From Pseudomonas phage WP1, in the sequence record PP596839.1: DNA of 64,000 nucleotides, one strand, 5' to 3'. Position 1 is the first letter of the stretch. Each line of letters begins with the position of its first letter. The notes under the pieces are model-generated. The model had not been told where the DNA came from and made no database searches. It saw only the letters and a program-made list of their open reading frames with translations. The translations under genes and the position numbers were made by a program. Shown here in pieces: positions 41,961-54,113 of the stretch.

Positions 41961-42166
41961 TCAGGCCGACGCCGGTATCGGCCGCAGTGAACGGCGGGCT
42001 GTCGATGGGGTCCGCATCATCAGCGAACTCGGTCATGGTGAATCCGTTCGGGAAGGTTCTGCTTGCCGTGAATTGGGCAGTCGAGCCGAACGCAGGAAAT
42101 GTTGATCATTGCTTATTCCTCACTCCATTCATTGAAGGTTGCGGCGGTCGAGTCCGCCGCAGGCCG

Positions 42167-43685
42167 TTAGATCATTACATCCGATCCTTCGACGAAGCGG
42201 ATTGCGTCGCCCTTCGAATAGATCAGGGTGTAGTTGGCCTTCCATCTGGTCAGGCCGGTGTTGCTGTTGGTATAACTGGAGAAGGTGATGTTGATCCAGT
42301 AACCCAAGGTTTGGACTTGACGCCAGGCGCGACGATCACCGGTGATTTGGGTGATGTACTGCTGTTGAACGGCGCTGATGTCCTTGCCATTGGTGAAAGT
42401 GCCGTTGGAAGTCGCCTTGTCCAGGACCGGCTGGAGGACGGCCAGGGCCATTGCTTCGCCTACCATGGTGGCCGGAACGGCATTCAGGTTCAGGAAAAGA
42501 TCCAGGTAGAGCCTGGGCGATGGCGGACTTCAGCCAGGTTTCGTTGGCGTAGACGTTCATGTCCACCGCATTGGTCGGACCGCCACAGAAATGCCGCGCT
42601 GGTAGAACGCGAGCTGTTGGCCGTTGGCCTGGGTGACGCCGATGTAGTTGCCATCGGCTCTTGTCGACGGTGTTCGCAACGGTATCGTCGGACATGGTGA
42701 TGTTGCGGCCAGGGAACTGATAGTACATGGTAGTTCTGCGAAGCGCCCGGCTCGTCATGGTCGGTAGTAGCCAGGATTTCGCTGGGGCATCGCTCAGCGA
42801 AGTCGTTGGAGGCAGTAGCAGGCAGGACGTTCAGCGCGGTTCCGGAGTTACCCTTCACCAGGTCGAAAAGAGCGCCGAGATTCGCCAGGTAGGTCGCAGC
42901 CGTATAGATGAACTGGTTGTTCTGAGCCGCGTTCCAGGTCGACATTGCCTTGATCTGATCGTTGTCGAGGGTCGCCCCGGCGAACAGGAACGAGCCGAAG
43001 TTGTTGCTGACATTGGTGCTCTTGGCCATTGCCGCGTCGGGGAGGTCGGCCGCCTGGCCGGCGACGTTCACTACGTTGGAGGTGGACCAGCCGAGGGCGG
43101 TGGACATTGCCTGCGGATCGGCCGATTTCGCCATGGCCAGGACGCCGGTGCCGATGGTAGCGCCGACCAGGTGAACTGGTTGGTGTTCGGATTCCAGGTG
43201 ACGGTGGCTTGGGCCAGCTGCGGATCGGTGTTCTTGCGGATTTCGGTCTGGATGATCGACGCCATGTTGTCCATCTGGAAGTCGCGGCGGACGTATCGAT
43301 GGCGGCGATGTTTTTCTCAGCCGCGCCGACCATTATGGTCAGAACGCCTGCGGAAAAGCCGGCGAAATCGGCAGTGGTTTTCGGCAGGTTGTCGCCAGTG
43401 ACCATCGGCGCGATGGCGGTGTTTACCCAGCGAGCGAAGCTGATGCTGGACGGGGAATTGACGCTCTTGCTGATGAATTTGAAATAGGCCGCAGCGCGCT
43501 GGTATTCTTCAGGCTGGGTGCCGAAAGTAAGACAGTACCGCGTTGGCATTGTCGAACTCGATGACGATTCCAGGCGGAATGACGTTGTTGGTGGTCATTA
43601 CGCGCAGAATCAGCTTTCGGCCTGCGACCGGAGCGCCTGCGCCTACGCCGGAAATGATCCGGATATAACGGCTCTGACTGATCAT
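42167..43685 (-). CDS. tail sheath protein (about 505 aa), 3-4 frame breaks
   Basis: N-terminus [55 protein letters not shown]…, AGGAG RBS, C-terminus …[45 protein letters not shown]. Confidence 0.7.
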
Positions 43686-43719
43686 CTGGATGATCTCCTG
43701 GTTTATGTTACTCTGCTGC

Positions 43720-44365
43720 TAATCGACTGAAGCATTGTGAGCCGTATCGACCAGTGGTCTGTTGAAACCCTTTCTCCTGACCGTAGATGCTGAGTTAGCC
43801 ACCCATTGCCCGGTCCTTATGCTTCTGGCTATGTATCCTTCCAGCGCCAGGCCGATCTGGGCAGCGCTTGATCCGGCGTGATTTGTCCTCTGGCCAGCCT
43901 CGATGGCTATTCGATTCTGGATTGCTGCGCGATCTGCGGAAAATAAGTTCCAGGGATGTCGCATGGAACGGTCGAGCCGGGATTGTAATCCTGTGAGGTT
44001 TTGTTACCTCGGTTTCTCCCGGAAAATCGTTTCTGACGAACCGAACGCCAGCAGGCCGACCCCGAACAATGGCGTCCCTAATATACCTGGTCCCGCCCGG
44101 ATGGTCGATAGTTCCGCCGTACTCATTGAGGCGCGCGATTCTCGCGACTTGTATTCCGACCGATCCGCCCGCCTTATCAGGATATCGAGCGGTTGAATAC
44201 CATCCGGCAGGAACGGACCTGCCGCGCATTGCTCTTAACATCTGCAGGTGCGCGGCGATCAGTTCTGAATCGCGTCTCAGGCTCGACTGCGCCTATCAGC
44301 GCCCCATCGGCCGAATATGCTGCGTTTTCGTGCAGGCGAATATACTGATTGTAAGTTACAGCCAT
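43720..44365 (-). CDS. hypothetical neck/tail-completion protein
   Basis: ORFs 44177-44365, 43795-44241, 43719-43964 chain. Confidence 0.3.
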
Positions 44366-44611
44366 TGCCAGAACTTGGGTGGAATTCGAATTGATGATTG
44401 TCGTTTTCGAATGCCTCGTTGGATATATGAGACACGGCGAAGGATGAGGAAGTCCAGTTCCTTGACTCGCTGAATGGTGGACCGAGCCTGGAAATAAGCT
44501 CTCACGGTGAATTGGCGATATCGGCTGCCGTTACGACATGATCCAGCTGAGGATTTTGCCAGTGAAGGGAACTTATCTGAAAGTCGTCTCGACATGGCTG
44601 TCGAGTAATTT

Positions 44612-44839
44612 CTACATCTTTCTGGCGGCGTTGTCCAGGTACCAGTCGGTTGCCGGCCAGCCGCGAGGGATGTCAGGCAGCTTCTGGAAGAAGATTGCAG
44701 GCTTGGTTGACGTGCCCTGTTGGGTCGGCTGGGCTTTCTGCATGACCTCAGGAATCAGGAAATTGCAGGTTTCTTTGGCTGACGTCATTGCGGAAGTAAG
44801 CTCGACCACCAGTTTTTCTATCAGTTCGCTGTTGAACAT
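44612..44839 (-). CDS. hypothetical protein (75 aa)
   Basis: clean ORF MFNSELIEKLVVELTSAMTSAKE…. Confidence 0.35.
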   Translation of the reverse strand: MFNSELIEKLVVELTSAMTSAKETCNFLIPEVMQKAQPTQQGTSTKPAIFFQKLPDIPRGWPATDWYLDNAARKM

Positions 44840-44949
44840 GAGCCACCTAGAAAGTCAGGGCTTCCGTCTTCAGTGAGTTTTGCTGTACCGATATCCATGG
44901 CTAAGCAGGCTCCCCAGCCGTCCTGATAAAACCAGAGCCTTGAGACTCT

Positions 44950-45713
44950 AGTTGAAAAACTCTTCCGGTCCAGGTAAACTGGTCGCCGGCCAGGTCTCGA
45001 TCCAGGTCAGCCATCTCAGAAGTTGGCGAAGATCATTACGTAATTTCGTTGAAACTCCAGGTTGAACTGGACATGGCTGATCGCGACGAACCCTTTGGAT
45101 GGAAGCGGCCAGTTGGAATGGCTCGCCAGGCAGGTAAACGTACTGCGCCTGGCTATTCTTCGTCCTCTGCTCGAATTTGCGATACTGAACGAGCTGCGTT
45201 CCTATGACGCTAAATGCCATGGCGCAGGAGGTTCGCTCCAGGGATCACCAGGAACGTCCCTCCAGCCTTCCGGAACCCTCGGCGTTCTGGAAGGCCGCCG
45301 ATGTAGAATCCGCCAGCGGCCTTGACATCCAGGAGCGCCCACAGTTCCTGACCGTAAGGCGTCCCGGAAAGCCACCATTGCCAGCCATTCTGGCAGGGGG
45401 CGCGAGCTTGGCAGCGCTAACCTCGCCGACCGTAGCGCTAGTGATGAAACCGCCTTGGGTCCCACCTGCTGTGACCCCGCCACCGGCCGCGCCCTGAACT
45501 TGCATCGTCGACAGCGAAAGGAGGTGGGCCGTCAGGGAATACAGGCAGGCCCTCCAGAGCTTTGCCATTGAGAATTCGGTATGGAGAATCTCGATCAGGA
45601 ATGAATTCGCACGGAATGTCGAAATAAAGCTGCAGGCGCATAGCCGGATAGGACTCTGGGTCAGCAAGCTCCGGAAACAGCGTGCGAAACTTTTGCTCGT
45701 CGAAAATTACCAT
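44950..45713 (-). CDS. hypothetical head-tail joining protein, frame-disrupted
   Basis: MVIFDEQKFRTLFPELADPESYPAMRLQLYFDIPCEFIPDRDSPYRILNGKALEGL…. Confidence 0.3.
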
Positions 45714-46256
45714 GCCGAAACCCTCGGTTAAACCCGGAACTCTTGTTCCTGGGAAGCGCTGGCAGTAGTTATTTTAATCTTCTGCTTCAGGCGAGCAGGG
45801 TCCCAGGCTGAAAACCATCGCGCTCCATGGTGCGAGTCTCTTTCGCAGTCCGCTGGTGGTCATTGGTGATGTCGGTTTTCATGACTCGCAGGTAACCTTT
45901 CTCCATTGTGCCGCATTAAGATTTTGTTGGTCTGGAGCAGTTCGAAATCGGAATCGCTCATCGCCGTGCAGTCGCCCTGCGGCGTCCAGGTCGGGCGCCC
46001 GGATGCGTCGGAAATCATGGCGCCGAAGCCGGATGTTTCGGATGCAGTGCCAGCGCGGCCGCGAATCAGGACCTTTCTCTGGAGACGAGGGTTGGACGGA
46101 TCAGGTGTCATGGCGCATTGCAAGACATGGATTGAGTCATTGCGGAAACGATGTAAACAGTCATTGGCGTAGTCCTATTAATTATGCCCTAACCGGCCCC
46201 TACAGCCGAGTCGAGGCCAGGTGAACAGAGTGCCGGAAGCCCGGCCTTTGGTGAAG

Positions 46257-47417
46257 TCAGGCATCGGTTAGATGCCGAGGTAGCGCACCACAGCCCAGTG
46301 GGCGTTTGCAGGTAGCGCCGGCAGTGCCGTTGGAGAAATCCTCCACAGTGCGACTTCGCCCGCTTTTCGACGCCAGGGGTGATGAACTTGCTCTGAACCA
46401 GCTGGCTGAACACGGTGCCGCCATTGGTGCTGCCATTGACGGACGCGTCCATCTCTTCGACGAAGAGGACCAGGGCGTCTTCCGGCGTTTGGCCCTGCAT
46501 CTGGACGCCGGACAGCTCCGGAGCCGACATGATCCGCATCTTCGGATAGGTCTGTTCGATCCAGTCAGGAACCGAAATGCCGTAAGGCGTGGTCACCGAC
46601 AGGTAGTTCCATCCTGCTGGTGGCCAGGGCCATTGGCGATCTTCTCGGCCTTCGGGTCGATCTGGTCTTGGCTCTGGATGCGCAGCGGGCGGACGGCCTC
46701 ACGGATATCCCCGATGATACCCGCCCAGTCGGCAGTGGCCCAGCCCTGGCTCGGCGGAGTCTGGAACGGCGGCAGGTTGGGTCATTCAGGAAACCATGGT
46801 GCGGTTGCCCAGGCCGCTCTGCCAGCCGTAAAAACCGATGGCGTTGCGGAAGATTTCCAGGCCGATGGCCGCCTGCTGACGCTTGGTCTCTGCGCTGTTC
46901 AGTCGAATGGCCGAAGCGCGGCCCTCTTCCAGGGTACCGATGAGCAGGCCCAGCTCATCATGAACGATGGTGCGGCGCTCGAAGTTGGCGTTCCAGCTGG
47001 TCAGCGGGATGTTGGTGTGGTCACCGTATTCCATCGCAGTGCCGGCCGGCTCAGCGATACCCTGAACGATTTCCTGGTCTTCCCAGGAGCCAGCGGTGTC
47101 GATGCCGATGATCTCATCGATTTTCCGCGCGGCGGTCATTACCTTCATCAACCCAGGCAGCCAGGCCGAAGGAACTGGATGGGGGTCGGGATGGACGGCG
47201 TGGTCACCGGGGCGGTGAAGTTGCTGTCCATGGCCGAGCCGGAACGGAATGCGCCGGCCTTCGCCAGGGCCTTGATCTGGTCCTGGACGACGGCGTGATC
47301 GAATACCAGGCCGATGCGACCCAGGGCGGCCATGGCTTCGTGGGTGACGTTCTTCAGGTCGAATGGCTTTGCGTGACGGCCTGCGAGGCGCGAATGGGTC
47401 TTACTGATATGGCTCAT
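46257..47417 (-). CDS. major capsid protein (about 385 aa), 3 frame breaks
   Basis: AAGGAGG RBS then ATG; segments [29 protein letters not shown]…, …[35 protein letters not shown]…, …[27 protein letters not shown]…; position after scaffold. Confidence 0.6.
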
Positions 47418-47423
47418 TACGCC

Positions 47424-48067
47424 TCCTTACTGCGTGAGCTGGACGATGGTAACGCCAGTTACCAGGTTCCCTGCCGACTGGGCAGGGCAGGCCGATGGCA
47501 TTGACGATACGCGCGTTGGGGATTTGAACCAGGCCGGTTGGCATCAAGCCAGCCTTGAAACCGACCAGGGCGCCGGCCGGCAGGCCCAGGGCATTGTCGG
47601 CGGTAGGCAGGTCGTTCGGTACATGCGCCATCCGGATCGCCGTAACTCAGGTCCAGGGCGGTGGCGGCGCCGTTGAAGATTTCGACGACCAGGCCGGTGG
47701 CCATTGTCGAAGAACTCGCCTTCGGAGCCATCGGGCAGGCCATGGCCGGGGGCGAGGGAATTGCCGGCCGACCCGTACAGGGCATGACGCTTCGGGTGGC
47801 CGAGGATGCCGAAGAAGGTTGCGCCGCCGACCATCAACTTCAGGAAGCGCGCGCGGCAGCGGTCTTCGGCTGGCCTTCACCGAGGGAGCCGACATCACCT
47901 GCGTAACCGAACGCGCGACTGATGCGGTTGGGGCCGGTGGCAGTCGCGGCCGGAGTGACCGATGCCAGCGCCATGATCCGACCCGGCCGCGCACGCTTCG
48001 GGCCGTCCTCGATCAGGTCACCAGGAAAACCAGGAGTGTACTGGCGATAGACTTGTTTCTGGAACAT
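47424..48067 (-). CDS. head decoration/accessory protein, frame-disrupted
   Basis: GGGGGAG RBS; [49 protein letters not shown]…. Confidence 0.35.
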
Positions 48068-48070
48068 GGG

Positions 48071-48926
48071 TTACTCCCCCTTCAGGTAACTGTCCAGCTC
48101 GGCGCATTGCGGAGCAGGAACTGGCCGAATCCTGGGCTTTCGATTGACGGCTGGCCGCGCCATCAGCAGCTTCGACGCCTTTCAGGTACATTGTCGAGCG
48201 CCAGGGCTTCCTGGCCCTTCTCACAGCTGATTGCCAGCTTCTTCACGCCGTAAACAGCGACTTTAGCCGAGTCCATGGCTCGGTGATCGAACGCACCAGC
48301 CATTGGAACTAAGACGCTTGTAGAGGCGATCTTTAGCAGCAGTGTCGCGATAGAGACCATGAATTGCAGGATCTTGCGCGTTCTTCTGTGCCATTTCAGG
48401 AAGTTCCTCGCTGTTATCCTTGCCCTCACCACCATTGTCGCTGGCGGTTTGCGCGCCGCTGAGGATGCTCTGTTCTTCCAGGCCCTCGACGACATCTTGA
48501 CCTTTGTCATGCTCTTCGTCCGCCTCTTCGGCTACCGTGCCCTCCAGTCGAGCCAGGACGGCCTTGACCTGGGAGATCAGTTCGGCGACTTCGCCTTCAC
48601 CGGACATTTCGGATGCGGCACCTTCTTGATGCTCCGGATCGACGGCGGCCATGGCCGGATCGACAGCGGACGGCGCTTCTTCGTGCTCTTCGTCGTCTTC
48701 CTGAGCGCCTTCCAGGTCGGATGCTCGGTCATGTGCTCGCTGTCGGTCGGTTCGGCCGGAGCAGCTGCGCCTTCCTGGTGCTCCGGCTCCTGCGCCTCTT
48801 CGCCCAGGAACTTCTGGACAGGTCGCAGGAGCTTCGGCCAGGGCGCGCAGCTCTTCGACCGCCGAATCAGGCAGCTTGTCCTGCGCGCTGGACAGGAGTC
48901 TTCTGCTTGGCTTTCTTGAGACCCAT
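48071..48926 (-). CDS. acidic scaffold protein
   Basis: GAGGG RBS; long D/E-rich helical region …AELISQVKAVLARLEGTVAEEADEEHDKGQD…; sits directly upstream of decoration and capsid genes. Confidence 0.5.
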
Positions 48927-49019
48927 TTCATTACCCTCATCGGATGGTCTGAAATCAGAACTGAGATGGTCAGGGACCGGCCATCCAGTACTCTGGCCCC
49001 CGGCATAGTCACCCTCTTT

Positions 49020-49440
49020 TACCAGGGCGATGCGGTTGCCGCGCATCTTGTCCTGGACGACTTCATGGCTGTTCCATTCCAGGTGCCGGGTTGCTCAGTG
49101 TAGTGGCAGCGATAGCCTAGGGACAGGTCTTCCTTGCCCCTTTCCAGCCGATGCTGGACTGTCGCGGGAATAGATACGGATATCGCCGCGAGCCCATTGG
49201 AGCTTCGTAGTAGGCGTTGGCTGTGATGATGCCTTCCACACCTTTGTCTTCGGGAGCCATGCCGTCGTCATCGCCGTCGAATCCCGACAGCATTTCGTGC
49301 TCGTCGATCAGCGGGAGATTCTTCAGGGATTCGATATACTCAGGATCATGAACAGCAGGCTCCGGACGATACACGTTGACAGTCCGCATTGGATCGCCCG
49401 GAAGACCGAGTTGACCGGCAGGTAGATTGGAAAATGCCAT
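49020..49440 (-). CDS. hypothetical head protein, first gene after AT-rich regulatory region
   Basis: 107-aa [54 protein letters not shown]… with frame change near 3' end. Confidence 0.4.
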
Positions 49441-50050
49441 TAGCTGATTGGACAGCCCTCGATGGTCATTTATCCATTTTCGTCAGTTTTTCTTTTCGAC
49501 TTTGCCATCGTTAATTCGAAGAGTCGTGGACTATGGCTGTATTATATACGCAGGACATCCAGGGTAAATAAGCGGAACAGTAATTAGATGTAGCCGCGAC
49601 TGTTAATTTACATTAGAATCTGTATTGTGATCTAATTACCGGATTTCCTCAGCCGCGAAAACTGGTAACTTGGTTTCGGAAATTTGACGGGATTTGTCTA
49701 AGCCTACTGCCGCAGGGCTTTCAGTCTTTAAACTAATCCAGGTTACCAGCTTACCAGTTAAAAATTGAATTTCAGTACGTATAGAGCATGGTCGATTCAC
49801 GTTATATTATAACGTTACTTATATATGAATTCTATTAGAACGTTATTCCTAATTTCCCATGCTATATACTTTTGCAGGATGCGGCGAAATTGGAAATTAG
49901 GAATTTAGCATGTTAAAGCCTTGCGGCAGTAGGCTTTCCAGGTAACCGCTATTTCCCAGGAAACGGTAATTTGCGGCTATCCGGACCCGAATTTTTGTTC
50001 AGGATCCGGATTTTCGCGGCATCATCAGCCGAAAGTAGTCAGGATCGAGA
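49441..50050. promoter_or_regulatory. AT-rich, ORF-free structured region with nested inverted repeats inside the head gene cluster (late promoter / packaging or replication signal / small inserted element)
   Basis: outer IR GCCTACTGCCGC (49702-49713) vs GCGGCAGTAGGC (49923-49934); inner IR ATTCCTAATTTCC (49845-49857) vs GGAAATTAGGAAT (49892-49904); palindrome CGTTATATTATAACG (49800-49814). Confidence 0.5.
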
Positions 50051-50084
50051 CGCCGATGATGGCCAGGTCCAGCTGCGGCAGGCT

Positions 50085-50375
50085 TCAGGCGAAGAATCCG
50101 CCGTTAATATTGGACTTGATCATGTCGGTCGCGAGTCGGCGTATGCATGTCTTTCGGTTCATTTCATCGAGCCTCGACAGCGAGTTTACCAGGGCGCGAA
50201 GATCGGCGACGAGTTCAGGCGAACAGTCTTTCGCCTTCTTCCCTTTCTCGCTGCGCTGGACGGAATAGGCTATGGCGGCTGCCTGTTTCGGGTCTTTCCC
50301 TGCTTCAGTTCTCCCGCTTGATGTTTTCAGGACGGGCTTCATTGGAAGTTCCATTGGACTAACGGCATGTCGCAT
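50085..50375 (-). CDS. hypothetical protein (96 aa), Mu G-like position between MuF-family gene and scaffold
   Basis: clean ORF 12 nt after MuF stop. Confidence 0.45.
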   Translation of the reverse strand: MRHAVSPMELPMKPVLKTSSGRTEAGKDPKQAAAIAYSVQRSEKGKKAKDCSPELVADLRALVNSLSRLDEMNRKTCIRRLATDMIKSNINGGFFA

Positions 50376-50387
50376 TCCTATCGACGA

Positions 50388-51890
50388 CTAAATGATTGGG
50401 ATTTTTCTGCACCGGCAGTTAATTGCCCAGCCTGGCGGTCCTTGGTCGGCCTTTGGACCTTCCCAAAGTCTAGGGTCATTCAGTTTGAATCTTTTCCCGT
50501 CCTTTTCCAGGTGGGTATGGCGAGGCGTCTTTCCTGCCGAAGAGTGCATCCATTCAAGCTCTTCGACTCCATTCTCTGCCATTCTCTCATCACTCAGCGA
50601 ACTGTAAAGTTTACTGGTTTGATCTCTTGCGATGAGTTCGATTCGGTTTTCAGGAAACTTTCCGACTTCTCTAAGTGCATTTGTTATCCCGGAAGTTCCT
50701 TGTTCCTCTGGGTTTGGAGAAGTCAGGTACAGTATTAGGGTGTGTAAATTTTCTCGTGGACTTCCTCTTGAATGTTGGTGATGAGGGTATGGTTGTAAGT
50801 AGTCGCGGCTTCCAGGGCGTTCCTGACGCTTTCGTTGTATGAAGCTCGCGGCTGATCGACACCGGCCATCGACAGGCGATGTAGAGTCGCAGCGGTCGCG
50901 GCTTCGTCGGCCCGATTGACGAACTCCGGGGCGATCTTTGCCGCGAAACCTTCAGAGATGCGATTCCACCGCTGCTGAAGGCTTCGCAGGGTCATCTTGA
51001 ACAGGACGTTCATCGATTCATTCTTTCGCGAAAAACCGTTCGGCCGCAGGCTGGGATATGGCCTTCTCTATTTCATTTCGATAATCGGCGATCATTAGCC
51101 TGGCCATGTCCTTCATTTGCTTTCGATACGAGGCCTTCGATTCCAGGAGGAGGAATTATGGGCTTGCCTCTTCCGACTGGAAGAGGCGCCCGGCGTTCGC
51201 GTTTCTTGGAGGCTTTGAACGCCATCACTTGCCTCCAGGTCGGCTTCGTCGTGTCGCCATTTGCCAGCCAGATGACGGAAGGCGGGCAGGTCAGCTTCAT
51301 GGATGGAGCCGAGTCCATCCCAGCCCGGGACGGAAGCAATAACAGGTATCCAGGCTTGGCGTCGTTAATGTTGTTGAAGCCGAGCATGGACTTGTGCTCG
51401 TCGAATTGCCCATCTTGTTCATCTGGTTGACGACGAAGACCCGTTTCGAACCAAGGTTCGGGCCGACGAAGCAGTCTACCTGATCACCATCAGCCCCCTT
51501 CGTACCTTTGATGAATCCATGGCGGTGCTTCATCTGTACTCGCCAGCTCCCATCCTTCCCTTGACGGATGCTACCGCGCGGATTCTCAGTCAGGGTGGTG
51601 ATTCCATTAACCTTGATTCTTTGGAGTTCCGAATGGTCGCGAGGGCCGACGATGCGGTTGGACGAAAACACCGAAGGTTCGATGCCCGATACGCTCGGCT
51701 TGGACGTTCGCTTCAGGCCTGGCGCATCATCATGCTCTATATCCACGCCGTTCGGAGCCTGCGCGTCGTCCAGGGCTTCGAGTTTCGACAGTAGGTCGGA
51801 CAGCAAGTTCCGAAGCTCGGCCCTGGGGTCCGGCCGCGACGGCGGTACGGCGGCCTCGGCGGCCCCTTCCTCGGCCGCTTTCGCGAGGGG
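50388..51890 (-). CDS. MuF / SPP1 gp7-family head morphogenesis protein, frame-disrupted
   Basis: C-terminal signature …GPPGWAINCRCRKIPII* (HxNCRC-type) and VEELEWMHSSAGKTPRHTHLEKDGKRF block. Confidence 0.55.
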
Positions 51891-51891
51891 C

Positions 51892-53532
51892 TTAGTACCG
51901 CGTGGCGCGGCCGGAACTGGGTCGCCTGCGCCTTCTACGGCGCCCGCTTGGGCTTCGGCTCGTTCGGCCTCGCCTTTCGCCTTCGCCGACTGCGCACCGG
52001 CCTTTTCGAGTTCGGCCAGGTTTTCCGGAGATATTGCCCGGCTCGGTTTCGGCCTGATCGTCGGTGAGTCGATTGTAGCCGGAGCGCGGATCGTCACGCA
52101 GGCGCTCGCGGACTTCATCCGGAGAGACGACGCCTGAGTTGATGTAAATTTCATCAGTAGCGGCTTTCTTGTTATTAAGCTCGGCTTGTTGCTGGCTGGT
52201 TGTGGAATCCACAGGGTTCCAGGTGATTTCCAGCTGTACATTGATTGCTTCCGATTTTGCCAGGCAGCAAGTAATGACGCTCAGCAGCGGGTCGAATATA
52301 TGCTCTTGAATCGATTCCAGCTCTTCGTGATAAGAAATCGTTTCGTGCTCACCAGTCGCGTTGAATCCTTTGGGAGAAGTGCCGAGTAGCTTCGTCGCAG
52401 GAGTCTTGGCGATGGCCGCAACCAGCCGATATTGGTTCATTATGACGCTGTCGAAATCGGACAGGTTCGTATCGAACTGCTCCATGGTTTCATCAGAACC
52501 AGTAACTTTCACGCGATTGGTTGTCTCGATTGGCGATCCAGGACGCCAGCCGGGCGTTGAAGGCATCCTCATTCGCGATGGCCTTTTCCACGGTCAACGT
52601 GAATGGTGCTGGTTCGCTTCGACATCGCCAGGAACGGCGCTTCGTTCGCAGTTCGCTCGGCAGCATGCAGGCGCTCGTAAATGCGCTGGGTGAGCGGGAT
52701 GCCTCCGAAAATGTATGTCGGCTTCAGGATATCTGGAGGCTGCGGCCCATCGAACGACCACCAGGTTGGCTGCGATGATACTTCTTCCCGCTGATGATCC
52801 AGAAATTGGGCTCATGGCAAGTGTTCGGCAGGCGGGTCTGCTGTGGACTCTGCAGTCAGCGAGGCATTGCCCAGTATGGATCGATCTGGGAAATTCCCTT
52901 GTACGAGCCGGGAGCTATTCCGTCTGGGTTGAATGGCTTCTCATGGTAGTCCGGATCGTCAGGCTCAGTGATGAACAGGGCGATTCGAACGCCGAAGACG
53001 TTTTTGAATCGGTTCAGTTCGACGAGGTTGTCTTTGACGCGAAACTCCATGTCGCGCCGAGCGATTAGCGCGCTTTGCTCATCAGGCAGCTTCCGGCCAT
53101 CCGACTTGAGTTCCCATCCGTTCCGCGCTGCGTCTTCGCCTGACATCTGGAGTAGGCTTTGTCGACCAGCCAGTGTTGAGAAATGATGGCGCAGGCTTGG
53201 TATCCGATGAATCCTTGGGAGTTATACCAGCTGCAGGACTGCTCGGTACTGACATGGGGATTCTGGCCGCCAGCGGCAGCTTTCGCGGCTGGGGTGGGTC
53301 CGTCACCATGCGCATTGTCCATTGCGACGGATAGGCCCGGCTCCAGGGAATCCTTCACGCTACGGATGACCGGGGCTTTCTCCGGCTTGACATTCCAGCC
53401 GCGAATCTTCCCCAGCTGAATCATGGGGTCGAGCGGATCGTGTTGAGGGATTCGTGCGACTTTCTCCGGCGCCGATTCAGAACAGGCAGGATTATCCTTT
53501 TTGCGCCCGAATATCCAGGAAAGTTTAAACAT
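51892..53532 (-). CDS. portal protein, Mu gp29 (DUF935)-like, frame-disrupted; alternative ATG at 53543
   Basis: N-terminal …[24 protein letters not shown]… and C-terminal …[17 protein letters not shown]… blocks. Confidence 0.55.
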
Positions 53533-53903
53533 TTTAATTCCATGCGGTTGCTGGTTGTGTGCACTTATTATAGGGGAAACATCAGACGTTCAAGAGAGAT
53601 TCAGGCAGGTACATCAGATTAACAGTCGCAGCTAATCAGTTATGAGAAAATAATTCTTTACGGGAACTTTTCGGCAGGTTAGACTCTAATTATCAGCCAG
53701 TGGAGATTAACATCAATCCTCTTCTTCCTATCGTACATGTCGTGTTGAAGGACGGCGAAGTTCTGGGCGTGTTCGACTGCGACAGGTCTGCGAAGTGGTA
53801 CAGGAATGTGAAAGACGCAGTTGTGGATTCCTGGGTAGTGGAATAGCCGAACAGCTCGCGCTCGCGCCTTGTCAGGAAAGAGTGCTATGAAGTCGGAGAT
53901 CAC

Positions 53904-54113
53904 GTGATGTATCGCGATGAGCATGGCGAAGGGCATGGCCGCATGTCGGCTGTCGAACCTCGCGGTGAATCGGCGCGTGACGAGAAAGAATTGTACCACC
54001 TGTATCAGGTCAGTAGCGACGATCCGTCCGTGGACATTTGGATGCTCGACGCAGGCATTATTGGCATTTATCCCGACGAAAAGCGCTTTACTTCTGAAGA
54101 GCAGGTGGAATAA
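53904..54113 (+). CDS. hypothetical small protein (69 aa)
   Basis: only protein-like ORF in the 53.6-55.2 kb gap; weak. Confidence 0.25.
   Translation: MMYRDEHGEGHGRMSAVEPRGESARDEKELYHLYQVSSDDPSVDIWMLDAGIIGIYPDEKRFTSEEQVE

Noticed and set aside
46306-47298. 330-aa plus-strand ORF
   Set aside because: Lies antisense to the major capsid gene, which has the RBS, coupling and capsid-like sequence. GC-rich shadow ORF.
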